Source of the DNA: a virus
Direction: 5' to 3' (one strand)
Length of the DNA: 64,000 nt
Virus record (IMG/VR): IMGVR_UViG_3300027901_000001
Shown here piece by piece: positions 9,591 to 17,740 of the stretch; position 1 is the first letter of the stretch; every line of letters starts with the position of its first letter. The position numbers and the translations under genes were made by a program. The notes beneath the pieces were generated by a model, which made no database searches, was not told the DNA's origin, and saw only the letters and a program-made list of their open reading frames with translations.

Positions 9591-10174
9591 ATCTGCCTCA
9601 CCAGCTCCTCGACCTCTGCCCAGGACACCGGCCGGTAGTGCCAGGCGTCAACGCCGATGTTGATCATGTTCTCATGGCGACGCTTACTGCCGTGGATGTG
9701 GCCGTGCAGCAGCACTTCACCCTTTATCCGCTGAGGGTGCAGAGCCTTGTACCTCTCTATCTGCTCGGGCGTCAGCTCCTTGTTCCGGCCGTGCCGATCG
9801 GCATCACCTGTCCAGTAGGGATAATGGCTGACGCGCACCACTCGATCGCCCATCGACAAAACCAGCTCGCCGGTTATTACCATGAATCCCAGCTTGGCCA
9901 TGCCGGACACGGACTTGTCGTGGTTGCCCATCAGCAGGAACTTCCTGCCATTGAGCTGCCCCATGATCATCTTGCAGACCTCAGACGGCATCTTCAGAAA
10001 GGCGTCCCCGGCCCATAAGCAGGTATGCTCCGGCTTCACCTCCCTGTTGTAGCGGACGATGAGTTCGCGGTTCATACCCGCCACGTCCCCGAAAGGGCGC
10101 TGCTCGTACTCAATTATCTTGTCGTGCCCGAAGTGAGGATCGGCATAGAAGTGCGAAATTACGTGCTCATCCAT
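9587..10174 (-). CDS. Calcineurin-like metallophosphoesterase
   Basis: ADPHFGH, AGD, MGNHD, SHYP, LHGHIH, INIGVD. Confidence 0.92.
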   Translation of the reverse strand: MDEHVISHFYADPHFGHDKIIEYEQRPFGDVAGMNRELIVRYNREVKPEHTCLWAGDAFLKMPSEVCKMIMGQLNGRKFLLMGNHDKSVSGMAKLGFMVITGELVLSMGDRVVRVSHYPYWTGDADRHGRNKELTPEQIERYKALHPQRIKGEVLLHGHIHGSKRRHENMINIGVDAWHYRPVSWAEVEELVRQI

Positions 10175-10716
10175 TGATTTACCCTTTGATGGATTCTTTC
10201 AACCCACTTTGCAAACTCCAAGACGGACATCGTTGACTTGGCGCTGTTACAGGTAGTGCAACAGGCAACAACATTCCCCTCCTCGTACCCCTTGCTGTTG
10301 TCGATACGATCTATCCCGTTATACTTGAGATCGTATGGTCCTGGTCGAGAAGGAGGAGGGGTTCCGCAGAAATAACAGTCAGCCTGAATCAGCCTGAAAA
10401 ACTCCTCTTTCGACAGATTCCAGTCAACCCCCCGCATCTTGGCGTTGCGCCTGTAGTACCGAAAAACCCGAGAGTGTTTTGGGTAGTCCCGGAAACGCTC
10501 CCGTACCCGATGGGCCGCCAACTCTCGATGAAGGCAACCACAGCTCCGAACATCCCCATTACTCAAATTTAAGTAGGCCACCTCCTTGGTTTGTCCGCAG
10601 TCACATCTACATTTCCAAAACGTTCGACTGTTTCCGGCCCTTCCACGACGATTGGAGGCGCGTTCCAACGCCACCAAACGACCAAACCTCTTTCCCTGTA
10701 TATCCTTAGCCAGCAT
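10159..10716 (-). CDS. Free-standing HNH homing endonuclease
   Basis: GKRFGRLVAL..WKCRCDCG..SCGC; CYFCG..NGIDRIDNSKGYEEGNVVACCTTCNSAK. Confidence 0.88.
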   Translation of the reverse strand: MLAKDIQGKRFGRLVALERASNRRGRAGNSRTFWKCRCDCGQTKEVAYLNLSNGDVRSCGCLHRELAAHRVRERFRDYPKHSRVFRYYRRNAKMRGVDWNLSKEEFFRLIQADCYFCGTPPPSRPGPYDLKYNGIDRIDNSKGYEEGNVVACCTTCNSAKSTMSVLEFAKWVERIHQRVNQWMST

Positions 10717-10746
10717 GGCCCCTCGGGTCCGCATAGAAATAGTCGA

Positions 10747-11178
10747 TCATCGCTGCACCAATAAAATCGCTATGGGCAAAAGAAACACGACATGCAGAAT
10801 CTGGTCCACCGCGATGAACAGAATCGGGTTGACAGGATTAGCCAGCCACGCCTCCTTGAATCTCGGGTTGTTGGGCGGCGGCATCCGACGCAGATACTTC
10901 GCCCACCAGTAGACCGGCCAGTAGGAGTCGATGAAGTAGTGGGAAAACAGAATCCAAAGGAATCCGCCCATCCCCGCCTCCAGCGAGACCTCGGTAGACC
11001 AGACAAAAAAGCAGGGAATGAACCAGATGGAATAGCCGAAGGAATGCCACAGCCGCACCACCCTGTTGTGGTTCTTCTTCTGCGCCGTATCGTGCGTCTG
11101 AATCAGCCAGTCCGCAACGAAGTGGACAAGGCCCAGCAACGCCAGCGTCGCCCCCAAATTCACAAGCGTTTCATTCAT
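10747..11178 (-). CDS. DUF3307 family membrane protein
   Basis: HFVADWLIQT, SHYFIDS, DQILH. Confidence 0.85.
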   Translation of the reverse strand: MNETLVNLGATLALLGLVHFVADWLIQTHDTAQKKNHNRVVRLWHSFGYSIWFIPCFFVWSTEVSLEAGMGGFLWILFSHYFIDSYWPVYWWAKYLRRMPPPNNPRFKEAWLANPVNPILFIAVDQILHVVFLLPIAILLVQR

Positions 11179-11452
11179 CGGATTCCCTTTCCCGCACCCA
11201 AATAACCGGACACCGCGACCACGGAGGCTTACGTGGCGTGGGCATCTGAATAATTATCCTGACTTTCTTCCACAGCTCCGGCTCCTCCAGCTTCTTCACG
11301 GCTTCGCCTATCGTCATGCCCTTGATGGCCGCCTTGACCATATCCACCAGCTCGTAGTTGTCACAAAGCGAGTCCGGGCCGATGAGATAATCCGTAACAT
11401 CCATCAGGTCTTTTGGAATGCGATAGCCCACGCTATTCCTCTCGGCTGCCAA
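11171..11452 (-). CDS. Hypothetical protein (start uncertain)
   Basis: 93-aa ORF filling the gap. Confidence 0.5.
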   Translation of the reverse strand: MAAERNSVGYRIPKDLMDVTDYLIGPDSLCDNYELVDMVKAAIKGMTIGEAVKKLEEPELWKKVRIIIQMPTPRKPPWSRCPVIWVRERESDE

Positions 11453-12215
11453 AGCCCCACACCTTCTGCTTGGGGAAATCGGTCTTACGGCCCCGCAGCT
11501 TCTTCAGCTTGATGTGCCAGCACCAGGGATTCGTGTTCCAGGCGTAGCCCTCGTTGTAGTACGACCCATCCCAACCCGAGGCAAAGTGAGCACGGAACAG
11601 GTCGTCCTCAGTCCACTCTGGAAGGCGACGCCCCACGTAGGCAGTCGGGGGGTGCGCGCCGGTGAGCCGGATCATCGGCCTGAACCGGCCCTTCTCCCTC
11701 GCACCCATGACCCGGATACCGTCCAGCTTGATTTCCTCCAGGGTAATAGTCTGGAGCCGCCGTACCTCGATGACCTCGATCCGGAAGAGGATGCGCGAGG
11801 CCCAGCGCGGCATGTGGATGGACGGCCGCCAGGGACCGTTCACATACTCCACCTCTTGGTCCGCCCGGTATATTATCTCGTAGCCATCAGGACACTTCTT
11901 CGGAATTGGCTCCTTCCACAAATCCTCCCACTCCTCTCTAAGCCTGAGATTCCACGCCTCGCGCACGTACAGCCGGTCGCCAGGCACCCCGTGGGGACAG
12001 CGAACGACGCCTCCATCAAGGCAAGGGTAAGACGGCCCTCGGAACAAGCGGGCGGTCCCCGGCCCGTCCCGGCCTGGACACGCCACGTACTGGGTGTACG
12101 GGGGCGGCGGCTGCGGCCGGATCGGCCGCCACGTCGCCTTCTTGAGGCCCAGCAACGCGGCCCGCACCAGCTCGTCCCGAAGGAGAAGCTGGCGCTCTTT
12201 CACCTGATGTTTCAC
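11433..12215 (-). CDS. ASCH/PUA-like phage protein, paralogue 1
   Basis: KERQLLL..LLGLKKATWR, PGDRLYVREAW, WRPSIHMPRWASRI, RRLQTIT, NPWCW. Confidence 0.8.
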   Translation of the reverse strand: MKHQVKERQLLLRDELVRAALLGLKKATWRPIRPQPPPPYTQYVACPGRDGPGTARLFRGPSYPCLDGGVVRCPHGVPGDRLYVREAWNLRLREEWEDLWKEPIPKKCPDGYEIIYRADQEVEYVNGPWRPSIHMPRWASRILFRIEVIEVRRLQTITLEEIKLDGIRVMGAREKGRFRPMIRLTGAHPPTAYVGRRLPEWTEDDLFRAHFASGWDGSYYNEGYAWNTNPWCWHIKLKKLRGRKTDFPKQKVWGFGSREE

Positions 12216-12223
12216 GTGAAACG
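12208..12223. promoter_or_regulatory. parS-like site (15/16 to consensus)
   Basis: TGTTTCACGTGAAACG versus the bacterial parS consensus TGTTTCACGTGAAACA; lies at a gene junction. Confidence 0.8.
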
Positions 12224-12224
12224 T

Positions 12225-12626
12225 CTACTTGGAGCTGGCCGCTGCGTCGCTGATGAGCTTGGCCGCCTTGTCCCTCAGCGCGCCGTCCCGCGAGAGCTTC
12301 CCTTCCAAGATGACCGTTAGAGTGCCCTTATCACCGAGATTGAGCGACATTTCCTCATGCTGCCCATTCACCATCGCGACAGGGGGCTTCTGCTGCGGCT
12401 TCTTGGGAGGCATCGTCCGTGGACGCTCTCTGAAGCCCAGGCCCAGCTCCCCTAATCGCTTCTCGACACCAGCCTTGGAGCGGCCAGCATTGAACTTCTT
12501 GTTGAACAGCCGCCTGATAGCAGCAACACGGAGACCCTTGTTGTGCAGCTTTTTAAGGTGCTCATCTTCGGCTTTGCGCCATCCATAGCGGCGCTTTTTC
12601 TTGCCGTTCGTCTTCTTCGTCGCCAT
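12225..12626 (-). CDS. Basic DNA-binding-type protein (Myb/HTH-like N-terminus; start MATKK)
   Basis: WRKAEDEHLKKLHNKGLRVAAIRR...RSKAGVEKRL. Confidence 0.55.
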   Translation of the reverse strand: MATKKTNGKKKRRYGWRKAEDEHLKKLHNKGLRVAAIRRLFNKKFNAGRSKAGVEKRLGELGLGFRERPRTMPPKKPQQKPPVAMVNGQHEEMSLNLGDKGTLTVILEGKLSRDGALRDKAAKLISDAAASSK

Positions 12627-12646
12627 CTTTATCTCCTCTCTCCTAG

Positions 12647-12841
12647 TCAGAGACTGAAGATGTCCGGGTCCGCCTCCCTGAACTCTCGTTCCGGCCCACC
12701 ACAGCCCAGACAGTGGCGCACCGAAGAAGGATTGACGGCCCCGCATCGGGAACAGCTCCAGCCCAGTTCCCCTTCTTCTTCACCTTCTCCGTTCAAAAGG
12801 CGGTCGACTGCATCCGCCGCGTGATTGAAATCGTCGCTCAT
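12647..12841 (-). CDS. RanBP2-type Zn-finger protein (start MSDDF)
   Basis: WSCSRCGAVNPSSVRHCLGC matches W-x-C-x2-C-x3-N-x6-C-x2-C. Confidence 0.7.
   Translation of the reverse strand: MSDDFNHAADAVDRLLNGEGEEEGELGWSCSRCGAVNPSSVRHCLGCGGPEREFREADPDIFSL
12799..12812. repeat. Degenerate palindrome copy (2 mismatches)
   Basis: GGCGGTCGACTGCA, about 30 bp downstream of the P2 start. Confidence 0.5.
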
Positions 12842-12877
12842 CTCACCAAATCTAATACGATGACAAGCGATAGTCAA
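12842..12877 (-). promoter_or_regulatory. Sigma70-like promoter P2 (leaderless candidate)
   Basis: TTGACT-17-TAGATT-7 nt-ATG; -35 overlaps the upstream TGA. Confidence 0.65.
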
Positions 12878-13887
12878 GCCTCGCCGGGTATATCGAGCAC
12901 CAGCTTTTTCACCGGCACATCGCCTTTCCCCACCACCTGGTAATCCCGGATATGGCCAGCTTTGAGCGTCTGCACCAGATGGTTATCGTCGATAACGATC
13001 TTCCATACGTCCCGCGCCCGGCCACCGCCCAGCTCCCGGCTGATACCCACCGCCCGGTCCGGGTCGGTCGTCAAAAAGATATTGGTCGGCACCGTCCTGG
13101 CCCCCATGTACCGGCGGCGGTCCCTCACAGGGCGCGCCGTCCATAGGGTCAGTGGCCGCCCGCGCCGCTTGGTGGAACCTGGGCTCTTCAGCTCGCGCAC
13201 CAGGTCGAAATACTGGAGCTGCTCAACGGTGTCCTTGAAGAAATCCGGATCCCCGGCCTCCAGCACATCGTCTATTTCATCGACCTTGCCGTTCTTGGTG
13301 AACACGGTAAAGCCCGCGTCGCGCTTACCAACGGTCACGTAAAAAGATTCGGCAACGTCTTCTTTGGGCTCGCCGCTTGGCTTAATAACAACCGGAGGAT
13401 CCTGCCAAACGCGCATCCGGCGTGTGGCCGCCTGTATCTGAGCCAGCAGCTTCTGGGCATTCTTCTTGGTCCCATCAATGCGCTCTTTTGCCAGGCCGCT
13501 CAGCTCCTTTTTTATCTTCTCCGGCGTCTCCCCGCCCGCGACTTCCTCCCAACTCAGAATATCGCTCCGCAGCTTGAACAGCTCATCCCAGTTCTCCGGG
13601 GGTGCCTCCCCTTTAAGGGAAAGGTTGATGAGCGCCTTTAGTACCGCGTGGGCCGCATACACGTCACCCTTTTCCAGACGGTCGATGCTCTTGGACGGCC
13701 CCAAGTGTTTGCGCGCCCTGGCCGCCAACTTAGCCGGATCGTGTTTTGCGGCTCTCGCCTGCTCGATACGCCGAATAGAGCTGGCAATTAGGTCCTCTTC
13801 GTAATCCTTGGCCGCCTGCTCATACTTCTTCATGTCCACGGTGATGGACTCGACCAGCGCCGCGCTCAACTCCTCCGAGGGCCTCAT
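12874..13887 (-). CDS. Leader-bearing putative head-internal protein; C-terminal ADP-ribosyltransferase-like fold (tentative)
   Basis: N-terminus MRPSEELSAALVE; C-terminal LWTAR...IFLTTDPDRAV...VWKIVID...DYQV. Confidence 0.45.
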   Translation of the reverse strand: MRPSEELSAALVESITVDMKKYEQAAKDYEEDLIASSIRRIEQARAAKHDPAKLAARARKHLGPSKSIDRLEKGDVYAAHAVLKALINLSLKGEAPPENWDELFKLRSDILSWEEVAGGETPEKIKKELSGLAKERIDGTKKNAQKLLAQIQAATRRMRVWQDPPVVIKPSGEPKEDVAESFYVTVGKRDAGFTVFTKNGKVDEIDDVLEAGDPDFFKDTVEQLQYFDLVRELKSPGSTKRRGRPLTLWTARPVRDRRRYMGARTVPTNIFLTTDPDRAVGISRELGGGRARDVWKIVIDDNHLVQTLKAGHIRDYQVVGKGDVPVKKLVLDIPGEA

Positions 13888-13899
13888 GCCCCGAGAGTA

Positions 13900-14751
13900 T
13901 CACAGGGCATCGCGCATGGCCCGATATAGGTCGTCCGGTTCAATGGCCGATAAGCCCGACTGCTGGCCGTCGTTCAGCTCGATGACATACCACACATCCG
14001 GATCGGTCCCGCTGCGGGCCACGTCCACCACGAAGAACCGGACGTTCGGGGCCACGCACCTGATGACCTCCACCAGGAGGGCCTCCGGCACGAAATCCGG
14101 ACTCACCTCCACATCGATATCGTCGAGGTACTGGCTCCAGTAAAATCCCCCGGCGAGCACCTTCCCGTCGAGGATGAAAAACCGGTACTCCTCCGTCACA
14201 GGCGGCCCACCGGGGACCACCGGGTCACAGAGTTTCCGCAGCGGCATCCACTTCCGAATGTAGATGTTCTGCTCCCCTATCATGCCGTCGGCCGACAGGC
14301 GGTGATGCACCTTCAGCACCTCCTCCCAGTTGGCCGCGTGCATGTGGGTCCGCCAGAGCTGTTTCTTGGAGTTGGTCGCGCCCTTGAGCACAAATGGGCC
14401 GTCCTCTTTGTCCACCTCATCCAGCGAAAACCAAGTCGTCGGCGTAAACCGCTCCAGGTCCTGGTACCAGTTCTTCAGATCGGCGACGTAAACGTGCTGG
14501 CGGTGGCTGTTAATGAGCTGGCTGCCCAGCGCGAGCACATCCTGTTCCAGCTCGTAATTGCAGGGCAGCGCCGCATACCGGGGGATAATCAGGCTGCCCG
14601 CCGGGACCGCCGTGCGGCGCTCCACGATGGGAAAATACTTGGCCGCCGCCTGCTTCTCGTCCTCTTCGGCGAGCGACGCCCGGATGAAGACTACCGGCTC
14701 CATATCGGGAACTTGACCGGCCGCCGAAGCCACATCCACAGGCGCATCCAC
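13900..14751 (-). CDS. ATP-grasp domain protein (DUF4343/R2K-like)
   Basis: PFVLKG..NSKK, EYRFFILDGKV, FFVVDVA, WYVIELNDGQQSGL. Confidence 0.82.
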   Translation of the reverse strand: MDAPVDVASAAGQVPDMEPVVFIRASLAEEDEKQAAAKYFPIVERRTAVPAGSLIIPRYAALPCNYELEQDVLALGSQLINSHRQHVYVADLKNWYQDLERFTPTTWFSLDEVDKEDGPFVLKGATNSKKQLWRTHMHAANWEEVLKVHHRLSADGMIGEQNIYIRKWMPLRKLCDPVVPGGPPVTEEYRFFILDGKVLAGGFYWSQYLDDIDVEVSPDFVPEALLVEVIRCVAPNVRFFVVDVARSGTDPDVWYVIELNDGQQSGLSAIEPDDLYRAMRDAL

Positions 14752-14948
14752 CAGGTGTTACGGCGCTCCGCCGCCTTCTCCTCCAGCGAGAGTGTCCGCA
14801 GCCTGAACGTCAAGAGGGAAGGCCCAAATTCGTTCCCCTCAACATGGAATTCGGTAAGCCGATACTCCTCTCCCATGAATTGAAAACCCTGTCCCACCGG
14901 CCTGTCGACCAGCTTTATTTTCGTCCCACGACCAAATTGAAAATGCAC
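14691..14948 (-). CDS. Hypothetical protein
   Basis: 85 aa; RBS AGGAG upstream. Confidence 0.5.
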   Translation of the reverse strand: MHFQFGRGTKIKLVDRPVGQGFQFMGEEYRLTEFHVEGNEFGPSLLTFRLRTLSLEEKAAERRNTWWMRLWMWLRRPVKFPIWSR

Positions 14949-14957
14949 AACTCCTCC

Positions 14958-15203
14958 TTAGTGCTCGTCTATCTTCTGATACCGCACCCTGATGGTGCCC
15001 TCGATGGAACTCTCCCTACCAGTGGGAGACGGAGAGTTCCAAACCACTTCCGTCACCACGACTCTAGGGCCACCTGCTCTAACCATGACAGGCTCGACGG
15101 GCCTCTTGCCGTTGAGAGGGGGAAGGGGAAAGGCCAGCGATCGAAGAAAGTCCATCAAGTCAAAAGCCGGGTCCTCGACCAGTTTCCGGTAGTCGATAGC
15201 CAC
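14958..15203 (-). CDS. Hypothetical protein (GTG start, VAIDYRK)
   Basis: 3' part of ORF 14958..15410; GGAGG upstream. Confidence 0.5.
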   Translation of the reverse strand: MAIDYRKLVEDPAFDLMDFLRSLAFPLPPLNGKRPVEPVMVRAGGPRVVVTEVVWNSPSPTGRESSIEGTIRVRYQKIDEH

Positions 15204-15703
15204 TACACTCCCTCCGTCTTGATCGCCGACGCCGCCATGCCCAGTGCCACCAGCAAGTCCGGATGCCGCGCCTCCAGATACACCGGCTCCGCTTCCACTC
15301 GTACTACCCAGACGAAGGGAGGGTCTTCCGCCGCCTGAGCCGCAGCTATCCAGTTGCGTTCCGCCGAAACGGTCGCCAGGCCGCCCAGCGTCTCGTCCGC
15401 CTGGACGCAAAGGGCCTCCAGCTCGGTCCGTGCCCGGACGCGCTTCTGGCCTTCCCTGGTCTCCTCAGTCAGCTTGCCCAGGCCGCCGTCAGGAGGAGAC
15501 GGTAAGACGGTGCTCCCTTCCAACAATATCACAATCTCGCTCTGCCTCAGCGGACACCACTCCGGAACATCCTCCGGAAGCGGAAACACCAGCTCCTTGT
15601 TCGTCGCCCAACACACGCTCCGCTCGTCCTTCATTATCACAATTTTGTGATGGAACGGACACGGGGCCAGGCAGCTCTTTATCTTCTTGAATCTCGGTCT
15701 CAT
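15203..15703 (-). CDS. Hypothetical protein with N-terminal Cys cluster
   Basis: CLAPCPFH..C...WCPL. Confidence 0.6.
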   Translation of the reverse strand: MRPRFKKIKSCLAPCPFHHKIVIMKDERSVCWATNKELVFPLPEDVPEWCPLRQSEIVILLEGSTVLPSPPDGGLGKLTEETREGQKRVRARTELEALCVQADETLGGLATVSAERNWIAAAQAAEDPPFVWVVRVEAEPVYLEARHPDLLVALGMAASAIKTEGV

Positions 15704-15711
15704 CTTTCCCT

Positions 15712-16281
15712 CTAGGCAGTCGACTGCCCTTTGAAAATCTCCAGCGGCGTCTTGTACGGCCGCATCAGTGGATGGAAGGGATCACCCTCCTTGGTAATGC
15801 CCAGGCACTCCGGCTCGCGATTCTGAAACTGAACGAGCGCCAGCACATCCCGCTTGCGCCTGGCAGCCCGGCGACGCCCGGCCCCGCCCCAGGCCACCAC
15901 CACCTTGCCAACGTTCTCCTGCTTCAGCACCTCCATGATGTACCGATCGTTGGTCGGCCCGATGGGTCTAACGTCGCGGCCCCAGAGGTCGCCCGGCTTG
16001 GTAGTGCGGAAGGCATACAGGTTCACCACCTCGATGCCACCGTACTCCCAGAGCGCCGCGAAGCCCATACACTTGCGGATGGTTGGGTCGTCCTCGGTGG
16101 CGTCGGCCGTGCTCGGGTTGAGCATAATCCATAACACGCGCTTGTCCTGGTGAGCTGGCGGAAAATGCCTGAGCGGAAACAATGAACGGCCTTCCCGAAT
16201 GCCGAACTCGCGCCACAGCCGGTAACGGTACTTGCCGTCATCGCTGATCACCGCGCCCGCATCTGCGACTATTGGCTTCAC
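15712..16281 (-). CDS. DUF1643 family protein
   Basis: SDDGKYRYRLWR, IMLNPSTAD..DDPTIRKC, VNLYAFR, VVAWG, HPL. Confidence 0.92.
   Translation of the reverse strand: MKPIVADAGAVISDDGKYRYRLWREFGIREGRSLFPLRHFPPAHQDKRVLWIMLNPSTADATEDDPTIRKCMGFAALWEYGGIEVVNLYAFRTTKPGDLWGRDVRPIGPTNDRYIMEVLKQENVGKVVVAWGGAGRRRAARRKRDVLALVQFQNREPECLGITKEGDPFHPLMRPYKTPLEIFKGQSTA
15715..15728. repeat. Dispersed palindrome copy 2
   Basis: Exact; last codons of DUF1643 (GQSTA*). Confidence 0.95.
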
Positions 16282-16859
16282 TTACCCCTCTTCTTTCTGA
16301 CAAAAGGAGAAGTCGTGTGCCTGGACCAGCATGTCCTCGCGTCGTGCCCCCTTCTCCCACAAAGAGAACACCGTCTAAGAGATACATTGCAGGTACGAGC
16401 ATTGTGTCCCCGCCCTCCACAACGAGAACAACGAACCCTGTGAGGACAATGGTTGCTGTGATGCCCCGCTTCATCACAGTGCATACAGTGATCTTTTTCC
16501 TTCTTTCCATATATTCTTCTGAGAGGAATTCCTTTTTTCTTCTTTTCTAACCGGTACGTCTCTCCTTCCTCACTCGGACAAGTATTTTTTTTGTGCCCCG
16601 TCTCTCCACAAAACGAGCATCTCTGCAATCCATCGCCACGCTTAGGGCGGGGGGGTCTTCCAAGGGATAGAATGCTTCCAAATTCAGTTGGCTTCCACTT
16701 CCTTTTTCTTTTCTTTTTGAGGGCAACCCCCTCCAATCTATCAATCGCATGTAAAAGCCTTTTCTCTGGTTTGGATAGCCCTTTTTTTTTACTTCTTGCC
16801 TCCTTTGCCCATCCCTTGGCCTGAAAAATCACATAATTTTCTGCCGCCACTTCGCTCAT
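16278..16859 (-). CDS. Protein with four CCHC zinc knuckles
   Basis: CSFCGETGHKKNTC, CMHCDEAGHHSNHC, CSRCGGRGHNARTC, CSLCGRRGHDARTC. Confidence 0.88.
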   Translation of the reverse strand: MSEVAAENYVIFQAKGWAKEARSKKKGLSKPEKRLLHAIDRLEGVALKKKRKRKWKPTEFGSILSLGRPPRPKRGDGLQRCSFCGETGHKKNTCPSEEGETYRLEKKKKGIPLRRIYGKKEKDHCMHCDEAGHHSNHCPHRVRCSRCGGRGHNARTCNVSLRRCSLCGRRGHDARTCWSRHTTSPFVRKKRGK

Positions 16860-16866
16860 GGCTGAC

Positions 16867-17112
16867 TCACTGCCGCCCTGCCTTCACCACACTGACCACC
16901 TGAACATCGGGTTTGGTCCTGCTGATGAGAAAACCATCACCAAACCTCTGACCCAGCAGCCTATCGACCACCGCGCAGTTTAGAAGCCGCTCCAGCCGTC
17001 GCTGCTCTTCAGTCCCGAACAGCTCCTCCACGGACTTAGCCTCCAGCTCCTGCAACCGATCGTGCTGAGCCTCCACGTCCAGCTCCAGACTCACCTTGCA
17101 CTTCACCTGCAT
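16867..17112 (-). CDS. Hypothetical protein
   Basis: 81 aa, tiled. Confidence 0.55.
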   Translation of the reverse strand: MQVKCKVSLELDVEAQHDRLQELEAKSVEELFGTEEQRRLERLLNCAVVDRLLGQRFGDGFLISRTKPDVQVVSVVKAGRQ

Positions 17113-17227
17113 CGCCTTCTCCTCCGGTTTTTTTCTTCAGCCCACGAATGTAGCGAGCGGCGGCCTGCCAGCCCTCCCCGGTCTTGGCCATCCGCGCCTT
17201 TACGAGCTTCTTGAAGTTGCTCGGCAT
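17036..17227 (-). CDS. Small basic helical protein
   Basis: FKKLVKARMAKTGEGWQAAAR. Confidence 0.6.
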   Translation of the reverse strand: MPSNFKKLVKARMAKTGEGWQAAARYIRGLKKKTGGEGDAGEVQGESGAGRGGSARSVAGAGG

Positions 17228-17230
17228 TTT

Positions 17231-17740
17231 CTACTTCTTATTTTTTTTGGGAGGAGGGAGCTTGCCGATTTGCCTGATGTAGCTGTCTCCAAGAGTACGG
17301 CTGGCCTTATCGAGCTGGCGCACTCGTTCCCGGAGAGCCGGATCCTTAATCTTGTCCAGGTCGATGAGACGCCGAATCTTATCAAACCCTTTTCTGGAGC
17401 CAACGATCCGGCGCACCTTAGCCTCCAGGGCCACGGCTGCGAGATCGTCCTGACTAAAAGTGGCCCGATAACCCACCGTCCGGAGAGGAACGAGGGCCTG
17501 CCCATACTTCAAGTTCAGAACATCCCCAACCCGCTGCATCTTTTTTGCAAAGAGTTTTACAAGCTCGGACTCTTCGCGGGGCAACCTCGACAGGATATGA
17601 GCTGCCCGCACGATGTAGCGAAGTGAGACGTACCTTCCAGGATACTTCTTCGCGCACCAGTGGAGAAAGTCCGCTGCCCTCTCCGTCTCGCTCATTTTTT
17701 TAGGATTAGAATATCCGTTGAATTCATCCTTCACTGGCAT
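17231..17740 (-). CDS. Hypothetical basic protein
   Basis: 169-aa ORF. Confidence 0.7.
   Translation of the reverse strand: MPVKDEFNGYSNPKKMSETERAADFLHWCAKKYPGRYVSLRYIVRAAHILSRLPREESELVKLFAKKMQRVGDVLNLKYGQALVPLRTVGYRATFSQDDLAAVALEAKVRRIVGSRKGFDKIRRLIDLDKIKDPALRERVRQLDKASRTLGDSYIRQIGKLPPPKKNKK

Noticed and set aside
10159-10716. HNH gene as part of a group I intron
   Set aside because: The flanking genes appear complete and belong to different families; no intron core recognised.
15188-15201. GGTAGTCGATAGCC as another palindrome copy
   Set aside because: Three mismatches including the core; compatible with chance.
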